DNA from: a candidate division Kazan bacterium RIFCSPHIGHO2_01_FULL_44_14
GTDB lineage: Bacteria; Patescibacteriota; Kazan-3B-28
Length of the DNA: 64,000 nucleotides
Direction of reading: 5' to 3'
NCBI GenBank assembly: GCA_001771185.1
Contig: METB01000001.1
Location: 310,848-374,847 of the forward strand
Part shown: positions 49,286 through 59,417 of the stretch, piece by piece
How the letters are laid out: each line of letters starts with the position of its first letter
How positions within the stretch are numbered: the first letter of the stretch is position 1
Program-made: the position numbers and the translations under genes
Notes under the pieces: generated by a model
Seen by the model: only the letters and a program-made list of their open reading frames with translations
Databases searched by the model: none
What the model was told of the DNA's origin: nothing

Positions 49286-49782
49286 TTGAGAGTTTGCTCA
49301 AGAGTATAGGAGTGGGCGCAAGTAATGGCGATGGCCAAAGCATCGGCCGCATCGTCTGGCTTCGGAATACTTGGTAGGCCCAATATCATTTTAACCATTT
49401 TTTGGACTTGTGACTTGTCGGCTCGGCCATAACCCACAATGGCCTGCTTAACTTGGAGAGGAGTGTAGGAGTAAACCGGGAGTTTGGCGGCCGCAGCAGT
49501 TTGAAGTAGTACTCCTCTGGCCTGCGACACACTCATGGCAGTTGTTACGTTACGCATAAAAAATAGTTCCTCAACCGCCACCAGATCGGGCTGATATTGG
49601 CGTAAAATTACCCCTAACTGTTTCGCGATTTCGTGTAGCCGACGAGCCGGCAACTCGGTTTTGGCAGTCACAATACAGCCGTGAGCAATATAATGAGCAC
49701 TAACTCCATCATGAACTACCACGCCATAACCGGTCGTGGCTGTACCCGGGTCTAGTCCTAAAATAATCATCGCTTCTTTCAC
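49282..49782 (-). CDS. ruvC: Crossover junction endodeoxyribonuclease RuvC
   Basis: ILGLDPG, VEELFF, QARG, DDAADALAIA. Confidence 0.97.
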   Translation of the reverse strand: MKEAMIILGLDPGTATTGYGVVVHDGVSAHYIAHGCIVTAKTELPARRLHEIAKQLGVILRQYQPDLVAVEELFFMRNVTTAMSVSQARGVLLQTAAAAKLPVYSYTPLQVKQAIVGYGRADKSQVQKMVKMILGLPSIPKPDDAADALAIAITCAHSYTLEQTLK

Positions 49783-50516
49783 TCAACCTCCAATAAATTA
49801 TCGTCGATATCAAAATTGGCAAAGATCTCACTCACATCCGGATTCTCATCAAGAACATCCATGAGATTTAAAACTTTTTTAGCCAGAGCGGCATCGGTAA
49901 TTTTTGTTGTGGTAGTAGGAACCATTGTCAGTTTATCCTCTAGTACCTTTACCCCGGCTATCGTTAAGTTCTGTTTCACTTGATTCAAATCTTTGGGTTG
50001 AGTGTAAACCTCCCAAGTATCGTCCGTATCTTGAAAATCCGATGCCCCTGCATCGATAAACTTCATTTCCATGTCTGGTTCGGTCTTGGGAACAATTAAT
50101 ACTCCTCGTTGTTGGAATTGCCAAGCCACCGAACCGTTGTTTCCTAAACTACCACCGGCTTTAACAAAGATATTTCGCAGTTCCGAAACTGTTCGGTTTC
50201 GGTTGTCGGTTAGGGTTTGAATCGTCACCGCCACATTACCAGGACCTAGCCCCTCATACACCACTTCTTCAATCTGACTTTTATCAGCATCCAATCCAGC
50301 CCCCTTGCGAATAGCTTTTTCAATATTGGCCATCGGCATATTCCCACTTCTGGCCTTCTGGACCGCTAACTTCAGTCGGGGATTCATTTCTAAGTCAGCG
50401 CCATAACGAGCAGCTACCTCGATTAGCCGACCAAGTTTAGTGAACTCGGCCCCTCGCTTAGCATCGGTGACACCTTTCTTGCGTTTAATTGTAGACCACT
50501 TAGAATGTCCGGACAT
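49779..50516 (-). CDS. yebC: YebC/PmpR family protein
   Basis: MSGHSKWSTIKRKK, NPRL, YEG.GP, TDNRNRT. Confidence 0.95.
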   Translation of the reverse strand: MSGHSKWSTIKRKKGVTDAKRGAEFTKLGRLIEVAARYGADLEMNPRLKLAVQKARSGNMPMANIEKAIRKGAGLDADKSQIEEVVYEGLGPGNVAVTIQTLTDNRNRTVSELRNIFVKAGGSLGNNGSVAWQFQQRGVLIVPKTEPDMEMKFIDAGASDFQDTDDTWEVYTQPKDLNQVKQNLTIAGVKVLEDKLTMVPTTTTKITDAALAKKVLNLMDVLDENPDVSEIFANFDIDDNLLEVE

Positions 50517-50649
50517 AGAAATGGATTTAGAATAAGAAAGGGATTCGGAACGACCTTGGTTATTTAAGTATAACAAACTCGCCTCAGGACAAGATAATCT
50601 GTCTTGCGCCTACCTAACCCGACCAACCTATATATAATAGTGGAGTATG

Positions 50650-50774
50650 CCCCGTAGAGAAATTTAGATTGCCCTATTGGGTATGGCCCCATAGTGCAAC
50701 ATCTGTTCATCTCACAGGGCAACTCACACTAGTGAGTTATCTTGTTGGCATAATATCTAAATTCTTCTACGGGG
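50650..50774. mobile_element. MITE-like element at pcrA start codon (4-bp duplication TATG)
   Basis: tatg|ccccgtagagaaatttagat...atctaaattcttctacgggg|tatg. Confidence 0.78.
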
Positions 50775-50775
50775 T

Positions 50776-52878
50776 ATGTCTGACCTATTGACCGGGCTTA
50801 ATCCAGAACAAGCCAAAGCCGTGAAACAAATTAAGGGTCCTGTCTTGGTATTGGCCGGAGCGGGGAGTGGGAAGACCAAAGCCCTAACCCACCGAGTGGC
50901 GTATTTAGTAAATGAAGAAAAAATCTCGCCGGACAAAATTCTGGCGATTACTTTTACTAACAAAGCCGCTGGCGAAATGCGCGAACGGGTCAAACGAATT
51001 ATTGGAACTCGGAGCAATAAAAACTTTAATATCAGTACCTTCCATTCCTTCTGTGCTCGGATGCTCCGACGCGAAGCCCACCATTTGGGCTACGCCCCCA
51101 GTTTCAGTATTTTAGATGCCGATGACCAACTTACTGCCATCAAGCAAGCCATGGAGCAGTTGCAAATGGATACTAAAAAGATTGTTCCAGAAGCGGTTCG
51201 ATCACACATTTCTTCGGCCAAAAATGAATTACTCGACGAAGATGCTTACGCCAAAATCGCCAACGGCGCTTTCCAACAAGCAGTTGCCAAAATCTACCGA
51301 CTATACCAAGACATCCTTCGGCGCGCTCAAGCCATGGATTTTGACGACTTGCTAATGAACTTAGTAGTAATTCTCCAACAACATCCCGAAATACTTGACC
51401 GGTACCAAAATCAATTTCAATATATTTTAATTGATGAGTATCAAGATACGAACACAGCCCAATATCGGCTAAGTCAACTTCTGGCCAACAAACACCATAA
51501 CCTATTTGTGGTCGGGGACGACTGGCAATCGATTTACTCATGGAGGGGCGCGAATTTCCGAAACATCTTAAACTTCCATAGTGACTATCCCGACGCTAAG
51601 ATTATTAAATTAGAACAAAACTACCGTTCAACTCAAAACATTCTCGACTCGGCCCATGCCGTCATCGCCCACAATAAACACCGAAGCGACAAAAAACTAT
51701 GGACCGACCAGACCCAAGGAGAGCTTCTAACTGCCTATGAGGCACTGAACGAAAAAGATGAAGGAGATTTCGTGGTCCGAGAAATCGCGGCTTGGCGAGG
51801 GCGTACCAATGCCTCATTGAATGATTTTGTAATTTTATACCGGACCAATGCTCAATCCAGAGCGCTAGAAGAAACCATGCTCCGGGCTGGAATTCCATAC
51901 CGAGTAGTGGGCGGAGTCAAATTCTACGAGCGCAAAGAGATTAAGGACATGTTGGCTTTTCTGAAATTGCTACACAACCCTGGTGACAATTTAGCACTTG
52001 GCCGAGTAATCAATCTGCCAGTGCGCGGGATTGGGAAAAAGACCCTGCAATCGCTTGAACAAGAAGCCCGAATAGCCGATGTCGGAATGTATCATTACCT
52101 TACTCACTTGGCCAACCCAACTCCGGCCATCCAAGATTTTGTGGCGGTAATGAAAAAAATTGAATCCAAAAGTACTACTCTCACACTTAGTCGGCTACTC
52201 GATTTTATTCTGCTGACTACTGGCTATCAAACCTTGCTAAAGAGTGAGGGAATAGAGGGGGAGACCCGGTTAGAAAACATCGCCGAACTAAAATCGGTAA
52301 TGGAAAAATACGACCATCTAGCACCCAAAGAAGCGCTCACTACTTTTCTAGAAGAAGTGGCTCTTATTTCTGACATTGATAATGTCGATACCGCCGATGA
52401 TGCCGTAACAATGATGACGATGCACACCGCTAAAGGGTTGGAGTTTGATTTTGTATTTATTGTTGGCGCCGAAGAAAATCTCTTCCCTCACAGCCGAAGT
52501 TTGTTTGACCAAGAAGAATTGGAAGAAGAGCGCCGACTGTGTTACGTCGGGATTACTCGAGCCAGAAAGAAAGTGTATTTCACCCACGCCCAAGAGCGCC
52601 TTATCTACGGTAGTATCCAGTCCAACCATCGTTCCAGATTCATTGATGATCTGCCTGACGAGTTGGTAGAGTTCGTTCGCCGATCCGGTCCGGTCAGCGC
52701 CATCGGTTCTGGGCATCGGACTGGCAACCGATTACAGCCAGGAGTTCGCGTAATTCATCAAAAATTTGGCCCCGGGACAGTCATCAGCCAAAGCGGCGAT
52801 ATTATCACAGTCGCTTTTGTAAAAACTGGGATTAAGGATTTATCCGCCGACTTAGCCGGCCTGAAAGTTAAAACATGA
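50776..52878 (+). CDS. pcrA: ATP-dependent DNA helicase PcrA/UvrD
   Basis: AGAGSGKT, TFTNKAA, DEYQDTN, QSIY.WRGA, LEQNYRS, H.AKGLEF, EERRL.YV. Confidence 0.95.
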   Translation: MSDLLTGLNPEQAKAVKQIKGPVLVLAGAGSGKTKALTHRVAYLVNEEKISPDKILAITFTNKAAGEMRERVKRIIGTRSNKNFNISTFHSFCARMLRREAHHLGYAPSFSILDADDQLTAIKQAMEQLQMDTKKIVPEAVRSHISSAKNELLDEDAYAKIANGAFQQAVAKIYRLYQDILRRAQAMDFDDLLMNLVVILQQHPEILDRYQNQFQYILIDEYQDTNTAQYRLSQLLANKHHNLFVVGDDWQSIYSWRGANFRNILNFHSDYPDAKIIKLEQNYRSTQNILDSAHAVIAHNKHRSDKKLWTDQTQGELLTAYEALNEKDEGDFVVREIAAWRGRTNASLNDFVILYRTNAQSRALEETMLRAGIPYRVVGGVKFYERKEIKDMLAFLKLLHNPGDNLALGRVINLPVRGIGKKTLQSLEQEARIADVGMYHYLTHLANPTPAIQDFVAVMKKIESKSTTLTLSRLLDFILLTTGYQTLLKSEGIEGETRLENIAELKSVMEKYDHLAPKEALTTFLEEVALISDIDNVDTADDAVTMMTMHTAKGLEFDFVFIVGAEENLFPHSRSLFDQEELEEERRLCYVGITRARKKVYFTHAQERLIYGSIQSNHRSRFIDDLPDELVEFVRRSGPVSAIGSGHRTGNRLQPGVRVIHQKFGPGTVISQSGDIITVAFVKTGIKDLSADLAGLKVKT

Positions 52879-53474
52879 CACCAAGTAGCCGGGGGGCAAT
52901 ATTGGCATTAGTCGGATTAGCTTTACTGGCCAGTGGGTTGTCTTGGCAAAAACCGGTTTTGGCTCAACCCAAAACCGTAACCCTCCAATTTAATGGCTTA
53001 CCTTGGAAATTAGAAACTCAAGCCCAAGACATTGCCGAATTATTATTACAGTCATTCGGCGATTACGAAAATTGGAACATTGATCCAGCCCCTAAAACAG
53101 CGATTACCGACCAAATGACAATTACCATTCAAGACAGTAGCGCTAGCGCTCTAACTAAATCAGTCGCTATAAACCTCCAAGCCGAAATTAAAAAACGCGA
53201 AGAAGCCCAAGCCGAACCCAAGTCGCCAATCTATGCTGGTCTGGCCACCTGGTATGATTTTGGGGGCTCGCTCGGAACGGCTAGCCGACAATTCCCGAAA
53301 GGCACACGCTTGAAAGTGGTAGCCGTTAATTCTGGCAAAAGCGTGATAGTAACCGTGAATGATTACGGACCCCAGACCTATACCGGCATTGCTCTTGACC
53401 TGAATCGGCCATCCTTTACTCAACTCGCTCCCCTAGGAGCCGGCAAGATTCAGGTGAAATACTATAAAATTTGA
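52875..53474 (+). CDS. Secreted RlpA-like (double-psi beta-barrel) protein
   Basis: G.ATWY, P.GT.LKV, V.VNDYGP, LDL...F..LA...G. Confidence 0.8.
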   Translation: MTPSSRGAILALVGLALLASGLSWQKPVLAQPKTVTLQFNGLPWKLETQAQDIAELLLQSFGDYENWNIDPAPKTAITDQMTITIQDSSASALTKSVAINLQAEIKKREEAQAEPKSPIYAGLATWYDFGGSLGTASRQFPKGTRLKVVAVNSGKSVIVTVNDYGPQTYTGIALDLNRPSFTQLAPLGAGKIQVKYYKI

Positions 53475-53751
53475 GAGGGAAACGAGGTGTGACGAATCTT
53501 GAGGAAGGAACGGGGTGTGTTCCTCCCTCAACGGGCAGTTGGGAAACCCAAGCTTCACTTCGTCCAGCCAAGCTGCCCTGCTCCCACCTCCACTCTCAAA
53601 AGTGCGGGGCAAGCTCACTGCTCTCCCTTCCACCCATTAAGATTAATATAGTGATAAGTTATAAGTGATAAATGAATGTGGTTGCCTGTTCGATAGCATT
53701 GATAGTTTCCTGTTTTCCAACTTGTCACTTGTCACCCATAACTCATTCTCC

Positions 53752-54627
53752 ATGTTAGAACTCACTGATCTCCAAACTGTTAAGGGCCTGCTAACCCATT
53801 ACAATCTATCGGCCCAAAAAAGTTTGGGTCAGCATTTTTTGATTGACGCTGGAGCACTCCGAGCCATGCTTGAAGCGGCCGACCTGGGCAAAGGGGACTT
53901 TGTGGTAGAAATCGGACCCGGGTTTGGTGTTTTAACTTTTCCAGTTGCCGAACGAGCCGGGAGGATTCTAGCAGTTGAAACCGATAAGCGATTAATCAGT
54001 ATTCTCAAAGCCCTCGGCAGTGGCTACCCAAATATCGACCTGTTACCAGCCAATATTTTGCGGTTAGAAAGTAAACTTATCCACGAACGCTATCGCCAAT
54101 GGAGCAAAGTTAAAACCGGACGAACCCATTACAAACTGGTCTCGAACTTGCCCTACTATATTACTTCGCCCATTCTGAAACAATTTTTGGAAACCGATTA
54201 CCGGCCCGACTTGATTGTGGTAATGGTCCAAAAAGAAGTTGCAGAACGAATCGTGGCCAAACCCGGGCAGATGAGCATCTTGGCTGTATCAATCCAATTC
54301 TTTGGTCAACCAGAACTAGTCCGCACCGTCACCAAGCAATCCTTTTGGCCTAAACCAGAAGTGGACTCGGCTATTCTAAAAATTACGCCATACCAAAAAT
54401 TGCCATACGATGTAGACGACATCCGATTTTTCTTTAGGATGGTCAAAGCCGGGTTTGGTGAAAAACGCAAGCAACTCCACAACTCTCTTGGTGGAGGACT
54501 TCACTTAGAAGATACTGTCGTGCGGAATTTACTGGCCGGATCCGGGATTGATCCTAAAGCCAGGGCCCAAGAGTTGTCTGTCGAAAGATGGGTGAAACTA
54601 TATCACCAATTAAAAACCGTCCTCTAA
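53752..54627 (+). CDS. rsmA: 16S rRNA dimethyladenosine transferase RsmA/KsgA
   Basis: KSLGQHFL, EIGPG.G.LT, SNLPYYITS, MVQKEVA.R. Confidence 0.96.
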   Translation: MLELTDLQTVKGLLTHYNLSAQKSLGQHFLIDAGALRAMLEAADLGKGDFVVEIGPGFGVLTFPVAERAGRILAVETDKRLISILKALGSGYPNIDLLPANILRLESKLIHERYRQWSKVKTGRTHYKLVSNLPYYITSPILKQFLETDYRPDLIVVMVQKEVAERIVAKPGQMSILAVSIQFFGQPELVRTVTKQSFWPKPEVDSAILKITPYQKLPYDVDDIRFFFRMVKAGFGEKRKQLHNSLGGGLHLEDTVVRNLLAGSGIDPKARAQELSVERWVKLYHQLKTVL

Positions 54628-55280
54628 TGCTATTTGTCATCGCCACTCCAATCGGTAACTTGCAAGACATTTCCATGCGCGCCCTAGAGACCTTGGGTAC
54701 AGTTAGTTTAATTGCCGCCGAAGACACCCGCCACACTAGACGCCTACTCGACCATTACCACATCACCACCCCACTAGTCAGTTTTCACCAACATAGCCGT
54801 TCACCCAAAGTCGAACAATTGGTCGCTCAAATGAAGACCGGCAAAGATATTGCTCTGGTTACCGATGCCGGAACTCCTGGCATCGCTGACCCCGGTGGGG
54901 TATTAGTGGAAGCGTCTCACCGGGCCGGGATTAAAGTAATCCCAATCCCGGGAGCCAGCGCTATCACTACACTTTTAAGTGCCTCCGGAATTCCCGCTGA
55001 TAGTTTCTTGTTTTTGGGCTTCCCGCCCAAGAAAAAAGGCCGAGCCAGTTTGTGGCAGGAAATGAAAACCATTGCCGTACCAATCGTATTATTTGAATCA
55101 CCCAACCGAGTAGTGAAAACCCTAACTGAAATTCGTGAAGCGCTGGGGGAGAGAGAAGTAATTATCGGCCGAGAGTTGACCAAACTCCACGAAGAGATTC
55201 TGCGCTTACCAATTGGAGACGCAATTGAACGATTCAGCAAACAAACCCCCAAAGGAGAGTTTGTGATTGTGATTAGTTAA
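54627..55280 (+). CDS. rsmI: 16S rRNA C1402 2'-O-methyltransferase RsmI
   Basis: ATPIGNL.DI, AEDTR, DAGTP.I.DPG, ESP.R, RELTK.HEE, KGEF. Confidence 0.96.
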   Translation: MLFVIATPIGNLQDISMRALETLGTVSLIAAEDTRHTRRLLDHYHITTPLVSFHQHSRSPKVEQLVAQMKTGKDIALVTDAGTPGIADPGGVLVEASHRAGIKVIPIPGASAITTLLSASGIPADSFLFLGFPPKKKGRASLWQEMKTIAVPIVLFESPNRVVKTLTEIREALGEREVIIGRELTKLHEEILRLPIGDAIERFSKQTPKGEFVIVIS

Positions 55281-55297
55281 TTTATAATACAAGTACG

Positions 55298-55519
55298 ATG
55301 CCCGCCAAGAAAAAATTGAATGCTAAGGTTCGCCAAGCAATGAGCAAAGCGAAGCCCAAGAAAAGGTTTTTTATTATCCAAATGCCGGAGGACAAAGATG
55401 AAGCCCCACACTGGCTGTTTTGGGTATTAGTAATTCTCTTTGTGACACTTCTGGTCAGTATTATTTGGCAGGGTTTGTCGGTGTCTTCCAGTGTGCAGGC
55501 ATACCTGCCTTACTTATAA
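55298..55519 (+). CDS. Small single-pass membrane protein
   Basis: Basic N-terminus, one TM; TATAAT upstream. Confidence 0.6.
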   Translation: MPAKKKLNAKVRQAMSKAKPKKRFFIIQMPEDKDEAPHWLFWVLVILFVTLLVSIIWQGLSVSSSVQAYLPYL

Positions 55520-55621
55520 AATAAGTAAGGAATAATCAATCTTCAATCCGCCAGCTGGCGGAACAATTATCAAAAAGACCAAAACGGGCAATGCCCGATT
55601 TTTGTTAACCAAACAGTTGCT

Positions 55622-55690
55622 TGTCATTGCGAGTAACCGGAGGGAACGAAGCAATCTGGATTGCCACGGGCTAAAGCCCTTGCAATGACA
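55622..55690. repeat. REP-like element (GTCATTGCGAG...GCAATC/GATTGC...GCAATGAC)
   Basis: Terminal inverted repeat tgtcattgc/gcaatgaca; relatives at 58803 and 63596-63648. Confidence 0.8.
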
Positions 55691-55725
55691 TTGATATATA
55701 AAAGAAAGCCCCGGATAGCCGGGGC

Positions 55726-56229
55726 TTAAAGGAAGGGGAGCACAGCGGTTTCTGGACCGCGTCGTCTTTTAGGGACAAGGAGTGGTCTCGGGTTCGGGAT
55801 TAAACGAGGACCTTGGTACTTTATCAGTACCTCCGCACTACCGTCGGGTTCGTAGTGCATTCCTAGTTCTGTCCTCCATACCCGTAGGGCCTGCTTTAAC
55901 GACTTGGCCCTCACGATTGTCAACATCGGCCCGTTTAGTAGACCAAAGTACTTGAGCGATGCGTAGTCCTTACCTTTGCCATCACTCTTGCACTTAACTT
56001 TGACAGTACGAGGGATAACCAATGAGACGGGACCTACTAAGCAGACGTCATGACAGTCATTTTCCTTCATTTTAGCGACTTCTTTGATGGCTACCCCAAT
56101 GGCCGATTTATCATTGTCTGCTTGAACCCTTATAGACAACTGATTACCGTCCCAGTAACCACCTTCTTCCGCAAACCTTTGTAGCCCCTTCAAGAAGGGG
56201 AACGTCACAACAAACTCCTTAACTGGCAT
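55726..56229 (-). CDS. Hypothetical protein (orphan)
   Basis: ATG 7 nt after GGAGGT; TTGACA-17-TATAAG promoter; terminator 55705-55727. Confidence 0.65.
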   Translation of the reverse strand: MPVKEFVVTFPFLKGLQRFAEEGGYWDGNQLSIRVQADNDKSAIGVAIKEVAKMKENDCHDVCLVGPVSLVIPRTVKVKCKSDGKGKDYASLKYFGLLNGPMLTIVRAKSLKQALRVWRTELGMHYEPDGSAEVLIKYQGPRLIPNPRPLLVPKRRRGPETAVLPFL

Positions 56230-56264
56230 GACTGCCACCTCCTCAAAGAACAAAAGATACTTAT

Positions 56265-56332
56265 CTTATATCAGACATTTGCTCCTCTGTCAAGAGAAAA
56301 ACCTTGACTAGGAGCGGTTTTTTTGCTATAAT
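56265..56332. promoter_or_regulatory. Divergent sigma70 promoters
   Basis: Minus TTGACA(56293)-17-TATAAG; plus TTGACT(56304)-17-TATAAT. Confidence 0.8.
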
Positions 56333-56362
56333 CAAAAGATACCTAAAACAAACATCCCCCTT

Positions 56363-57319
56363 ATGGAGTTACTTACCAAACTGAAGTTCCCATTGTCCGT
56401 CATCTTGGGACTACTCGTCATTACTGGCGGGTGGCAGTTGTATCAGGTCTGGGCCGAAGTACCGAGCGATTCTGATTATCTCTTAATCACTAACGCACCA
56501 AATCTTAAACTAACCCCCGGAGAAATCCGCGAGGTGTCTTTGATTATCCAGAATACTGGCAATGGACTGTGGTGGGAGGGGAATTCGCTGCGACTAGGAA
56601 CGGTTTTCAGTAACGGAATCGCTGACCGACCGAGTATTTGGTCAACTGACAGTTGGCTGTCTAATATGCGGGTTGCTCCGATCGGGCTAGAAAACAAATC
56701 GGTCCGACCCCGACAAATGGCAACTTTCAAATTCACCATCAAAACCCCAACCAAAATTGGTTTATATAAAGAGTACTTCCAACCCCTACTAGAAGGAAGT
56801 CATTGGCTGACTGGAACTCCAATTGGATTAACCCTCCAAGTTGGGGAAATGAACGAAGTGACAATCCAGGAAGCCCAACCCAAACTAATTCGGATCAATC
56901 GAACCACCCAGACCGGTGAATGGATTGAGAATGGTTTTGTGGTCGCCACTTTACCTGTCTCAACCGGGAAATCTGGTTATACCACTCCAGCCGGGAAGTA
57001 CACAATTTTTAATCATATCGAAAATGCCTACTCGCAGGAATATGAATTGTGGATGCCTAATTGGATAGGACTAAAAAGTGTCACCCGCGGAATCCAAGGA
57101 TACGGAATTCATGGACTGCCTTACTGGAAAGTTCGGGCATCTAAATTTGAAGAAGGTAAAATTTATCCTGGCGGTCGGTTGTACACCGCCGGCCGATTAT
57201 ACGAAGGATACTCTCATTTGGGGATGGCCATGTCACACGGCTGTATCCGATTCGGAGTGGGTGAGTCAGCCGCCTTGTTCGCCTGGGCAGAAAATGGGAC
57301 TCCGGTCTTAGTGGTCTAA
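56363..57319 (+). CDS. L,D-transpeptidase (YkuD) with NBR1-like Ig domain
   Basis: VSTGK..TP.G, YGIHG, SHGCIR, GTPV.V. Confidence 0.9.
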   Translation: MELLTKLKFPLSVILGLLVITGGWQLYQVWAEVPSDSDYLLITNAPNLKLTPGEIREVSLIIQNTGNGLWWEGNSLRLGTVFSNGIADRPSIWSTDSWLSNMRVAPIGLENKSVRPRQMATFKFTIKTPTKIGLYKEYFQPLLEGSHWLTGTPIGLTLQVGEMNEVTIQEAQPKLIRINRTTQTGEWIENGFVVATLPVSTGKSGYTTPAGKYTIFNHIENAYSQEYELWMPNWIGLKSVTRGIQGYGIHGLPYWKVRASKFEEGKIYPGGRLYTAGRLYEGYSHLGMAMSHGCIRFGVGESAALFAWAENGTPVLVV

Positions 57320-57404
57320 GTTAATCAAAATTTGCCAGAAAAAGAGCGCTACCAGCTGGCAGCGCTCTTTAGAAAATCCCCGGAAACATACTTTATCCTC
57401 CCAG

Positions 57405-57692
57405 TTACTCGCGGTTCGTAAGAATGGCTCGAATTAGTTCACCAGACGTCCGGCGCCCAGCAAGATATTCGCGGTAGTTGTGATTGGTTTTATCCACATA
57501 CAGAACCGTGTCTGACGTAAAACTTTTGATTCTGTCTGGGGAAACATTGTCTTCGCGGTGGACTCTATCAATCACGTCCTTGTCCTTGGTCAAGAACGCC
57601 GTAATCATACTGCGACCAATCTCGCCTTTACTACCACTTACCGGAAGAATCAAACGGACAACATCCGATACCTCGGCTAACTCTGGGGACAT
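57405..57692 (-). CDS. Hypothetical protein (orphan)
   Basis: AAGGAGGT SD; TTTACA-17-TATAGT promoter. Confidence 0.6.
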   Translation of the reverse strand: MSPELAEVSDVVRLILPVSGSKGEIGRSMITAFLTKDKDVIDRVHREDNVSPDRIKSFTSDTVLYVDKTNHNYREYLAGRRTSGELIRAILTNRE

Positions 57693-57774
57693 TTCTATCA
57701 CCTCCTTTAAAGAACATCAAAAAGCAGATTACCTGCACTATACCTCTCTCGGGTGGGCATGTAAACAGAGTAAC

Positions 57775-58770
57775 TTATCTTATCCCGTGAAGTTTCCGAA
57801 TTTCTCGTTCCAGCTCGATGACAATTTTGGGATTGTCAGCCAAATACTGTTTGGCGGCGTCTCGGCCTTGGGCGATTTTAGCTTCATTATATTCATACCA
57901 AGCCCCGGATTTGTTGACCAAACCAACATGTACCGCCAAGTCAATAATCTCACCGGTTCGGGCGATCCCTTGATTGAACATAATATCAAACTCGGCCTGG
58001 CGAAATGGGGGAGCGACTTTATTTTTAACCACTTTCACTCGCACCCGATTGCCAATTGAATTGTCACCCTCTTTCAGGGTCTCAATCCGACGGATATCCA
58101 ACCGAACCGAAGAATAGAACTTCAAGGCATTCCCGCCAGTAGTGGTCTCGGGATTGCCAAACATCACGCCGATCCTCATTCGAATCTGATTAATAAAAAT
58201 CACCGTGGTCTTTGACCGAGAAACGGCGGCGGTAATCTTCCGCAAGGCCTGGCTCATCAGCCGGGCTTGTAAGCCCATATGAGAGTCGCCCATATCGCCT
58301 TCGATTTCGGCCTTGGGAGTTAACGCTGCCACCGAATCAATCACAATAATCCCGACCGCATTTGACCGGATCAGGGCTTCGACAATATCTAGCGCCTGCT
58401 CACCAGTATCGGGTTGGGAAATCAAAAGTTCTTTGGTGTTTACTCCAATCCGCTTGGCGTATTCTGGATCGAGCGCATGTTCAGCATCAATAAAGGCAGC
58501 CGTTTCGCCCTTCTTTTGGACTTCGGCAACCATGTGTAAAGCGAGGGTGGTTTTGCCAGACGATTCTGGTCCAAAAATTTCAATCACTCTGCCCTTGGGT
58601 ATCCCCCCCACACCCAGAGCAATATCTAGAGTTAATGAACCGGTCGGGATTGACTCGACATCGAGTAATTTAGTATCGCCCAAACGCATAATACTACCCT
58701 CGCCATAATCCTTCTGGATAGCGGAAAGAGTGGCCTCTAGCGAATTAGTTGGGGTTTCGATCTTTGGCAT
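57775..58770 (-). CDS. recA: Recombinase RecA
   Basis: [39 protein letters not shown]. Confidence 0.99.
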   Translation of the reverse strand: MPKIETPTNSLEATLSAIQKDYGEGSIMRLGDTKLLDVESIPTGSLTLDIALGVGGIPKGRVIEIFGPESSGKTTLALHMVAEVQKKGETAAFIDAEHALDPEYAKRIGVNTKELLISQPDTGEQALDIVEALIRSNAVGIIVIDSVAALTPKAEIEGDMGDSHMGLQARLMSQALRKITAAVSRSKTTVIFINQIRMRIGVMFGNPETTTGGNALKFYSSVRLDIRRIETLKEGDNSIGNRVRVKVVKNKVAPPFRQAEFDIMFNQGIARTGEIIDLAVHVGLVNKSGAWYEYNEAKIAQGRDAAKQYLADNPKIVIELEREIRKLHGIR

Positions 58771-58827
58771 AACATTATCACTTTAACAAGTATCCATCAT
58801 TCTGTCATCGCGAGTCCCTCACGGGGT

Positions 58828-58898
58828 AATAATCAAACATCAAGCTCCAATAATCAAAATGGAATCTTTTTGTTATTTGTTATTTGGTTATTGATGAT
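58828..58898. repeat. Inverted 7-mer arrays with no gene inside
   Basis: aataatcaaacatcaagctccaataatc ... gttatttgttatttggttattgatgatt. Confidence 0.7.
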
Positions 58899-58901
58899 TA
58901 C

Positions 58902-59417
58902 TTAGCGGTAGTTTTCGAACTGGACTGGAAAGTCCACGATGGGGGAGGATTTAACTAATTGCATAATGGCTTGCAAGTCATCAATACTCTTACTCACCAC
59001 TCGAACCGTCTCGCCTTGGATTTGGGTCTTGGACTTAGGGAAAGCGTCACGAATCATTTTATTGACTACTTTGGCCTTGTCGGCCGAAATGCCAGAAACC
59101 AATGGAATTGTAGAACGAATTTGTCCACCACTAGCGGACTCATTTTTGGGAACTCCTAAAATCTTGAGCGACAAATTCCGCCGAAGCAATTTTGATTCTA
59201 AAATATCTCGAACGGCTTTCAATTTGAATTCATCAGCCGTAGTAATGACCAACCCCGAAGGGGCCCCTTTGGGGCTGTTACTATCAAACTTAATTTCAGT
59301 CGGAATACCCCGAAAGTCATACCGGACTGCCAACTCCTTACGGGTCTGATCAAGCGCATTAGTCAGCTCCTGCAGATCAATCTCGGAGACGAGATCAAAA
59401 GAGTAATCTGAAGACAT
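58902..59417 (-). CDS. yajQ: YajQ family nucleotide/c-di-GMP-binding protein
   Basis: SFD.VSE.D.QE..NA, RYDF.G, QIQG..VRV..K..DDLQ, QF.NYR. Confidence 0.95.
   Translation of the reverse strand: MSSDYSFDLVSEIDLQELTNALDQTRKELAVRYDFRGIPTEIKFDSNSPKGAPSGLVITTADEFKLKAVRDILESKLLRRNLSLKILGVPKNESASGGQIRSTIPLVSGISADKAKVVNKMIRDAFPKSKTQIQGETVRVVSKSIDDLQAIMQLVKSSPIVDFPVQFENYR

Noticed and set aside
53433-53668. Small ORFs between the rlpA-like gene and rsmA
   Set aside because: They coincide with the hairpin block and have no SD or protein-like features
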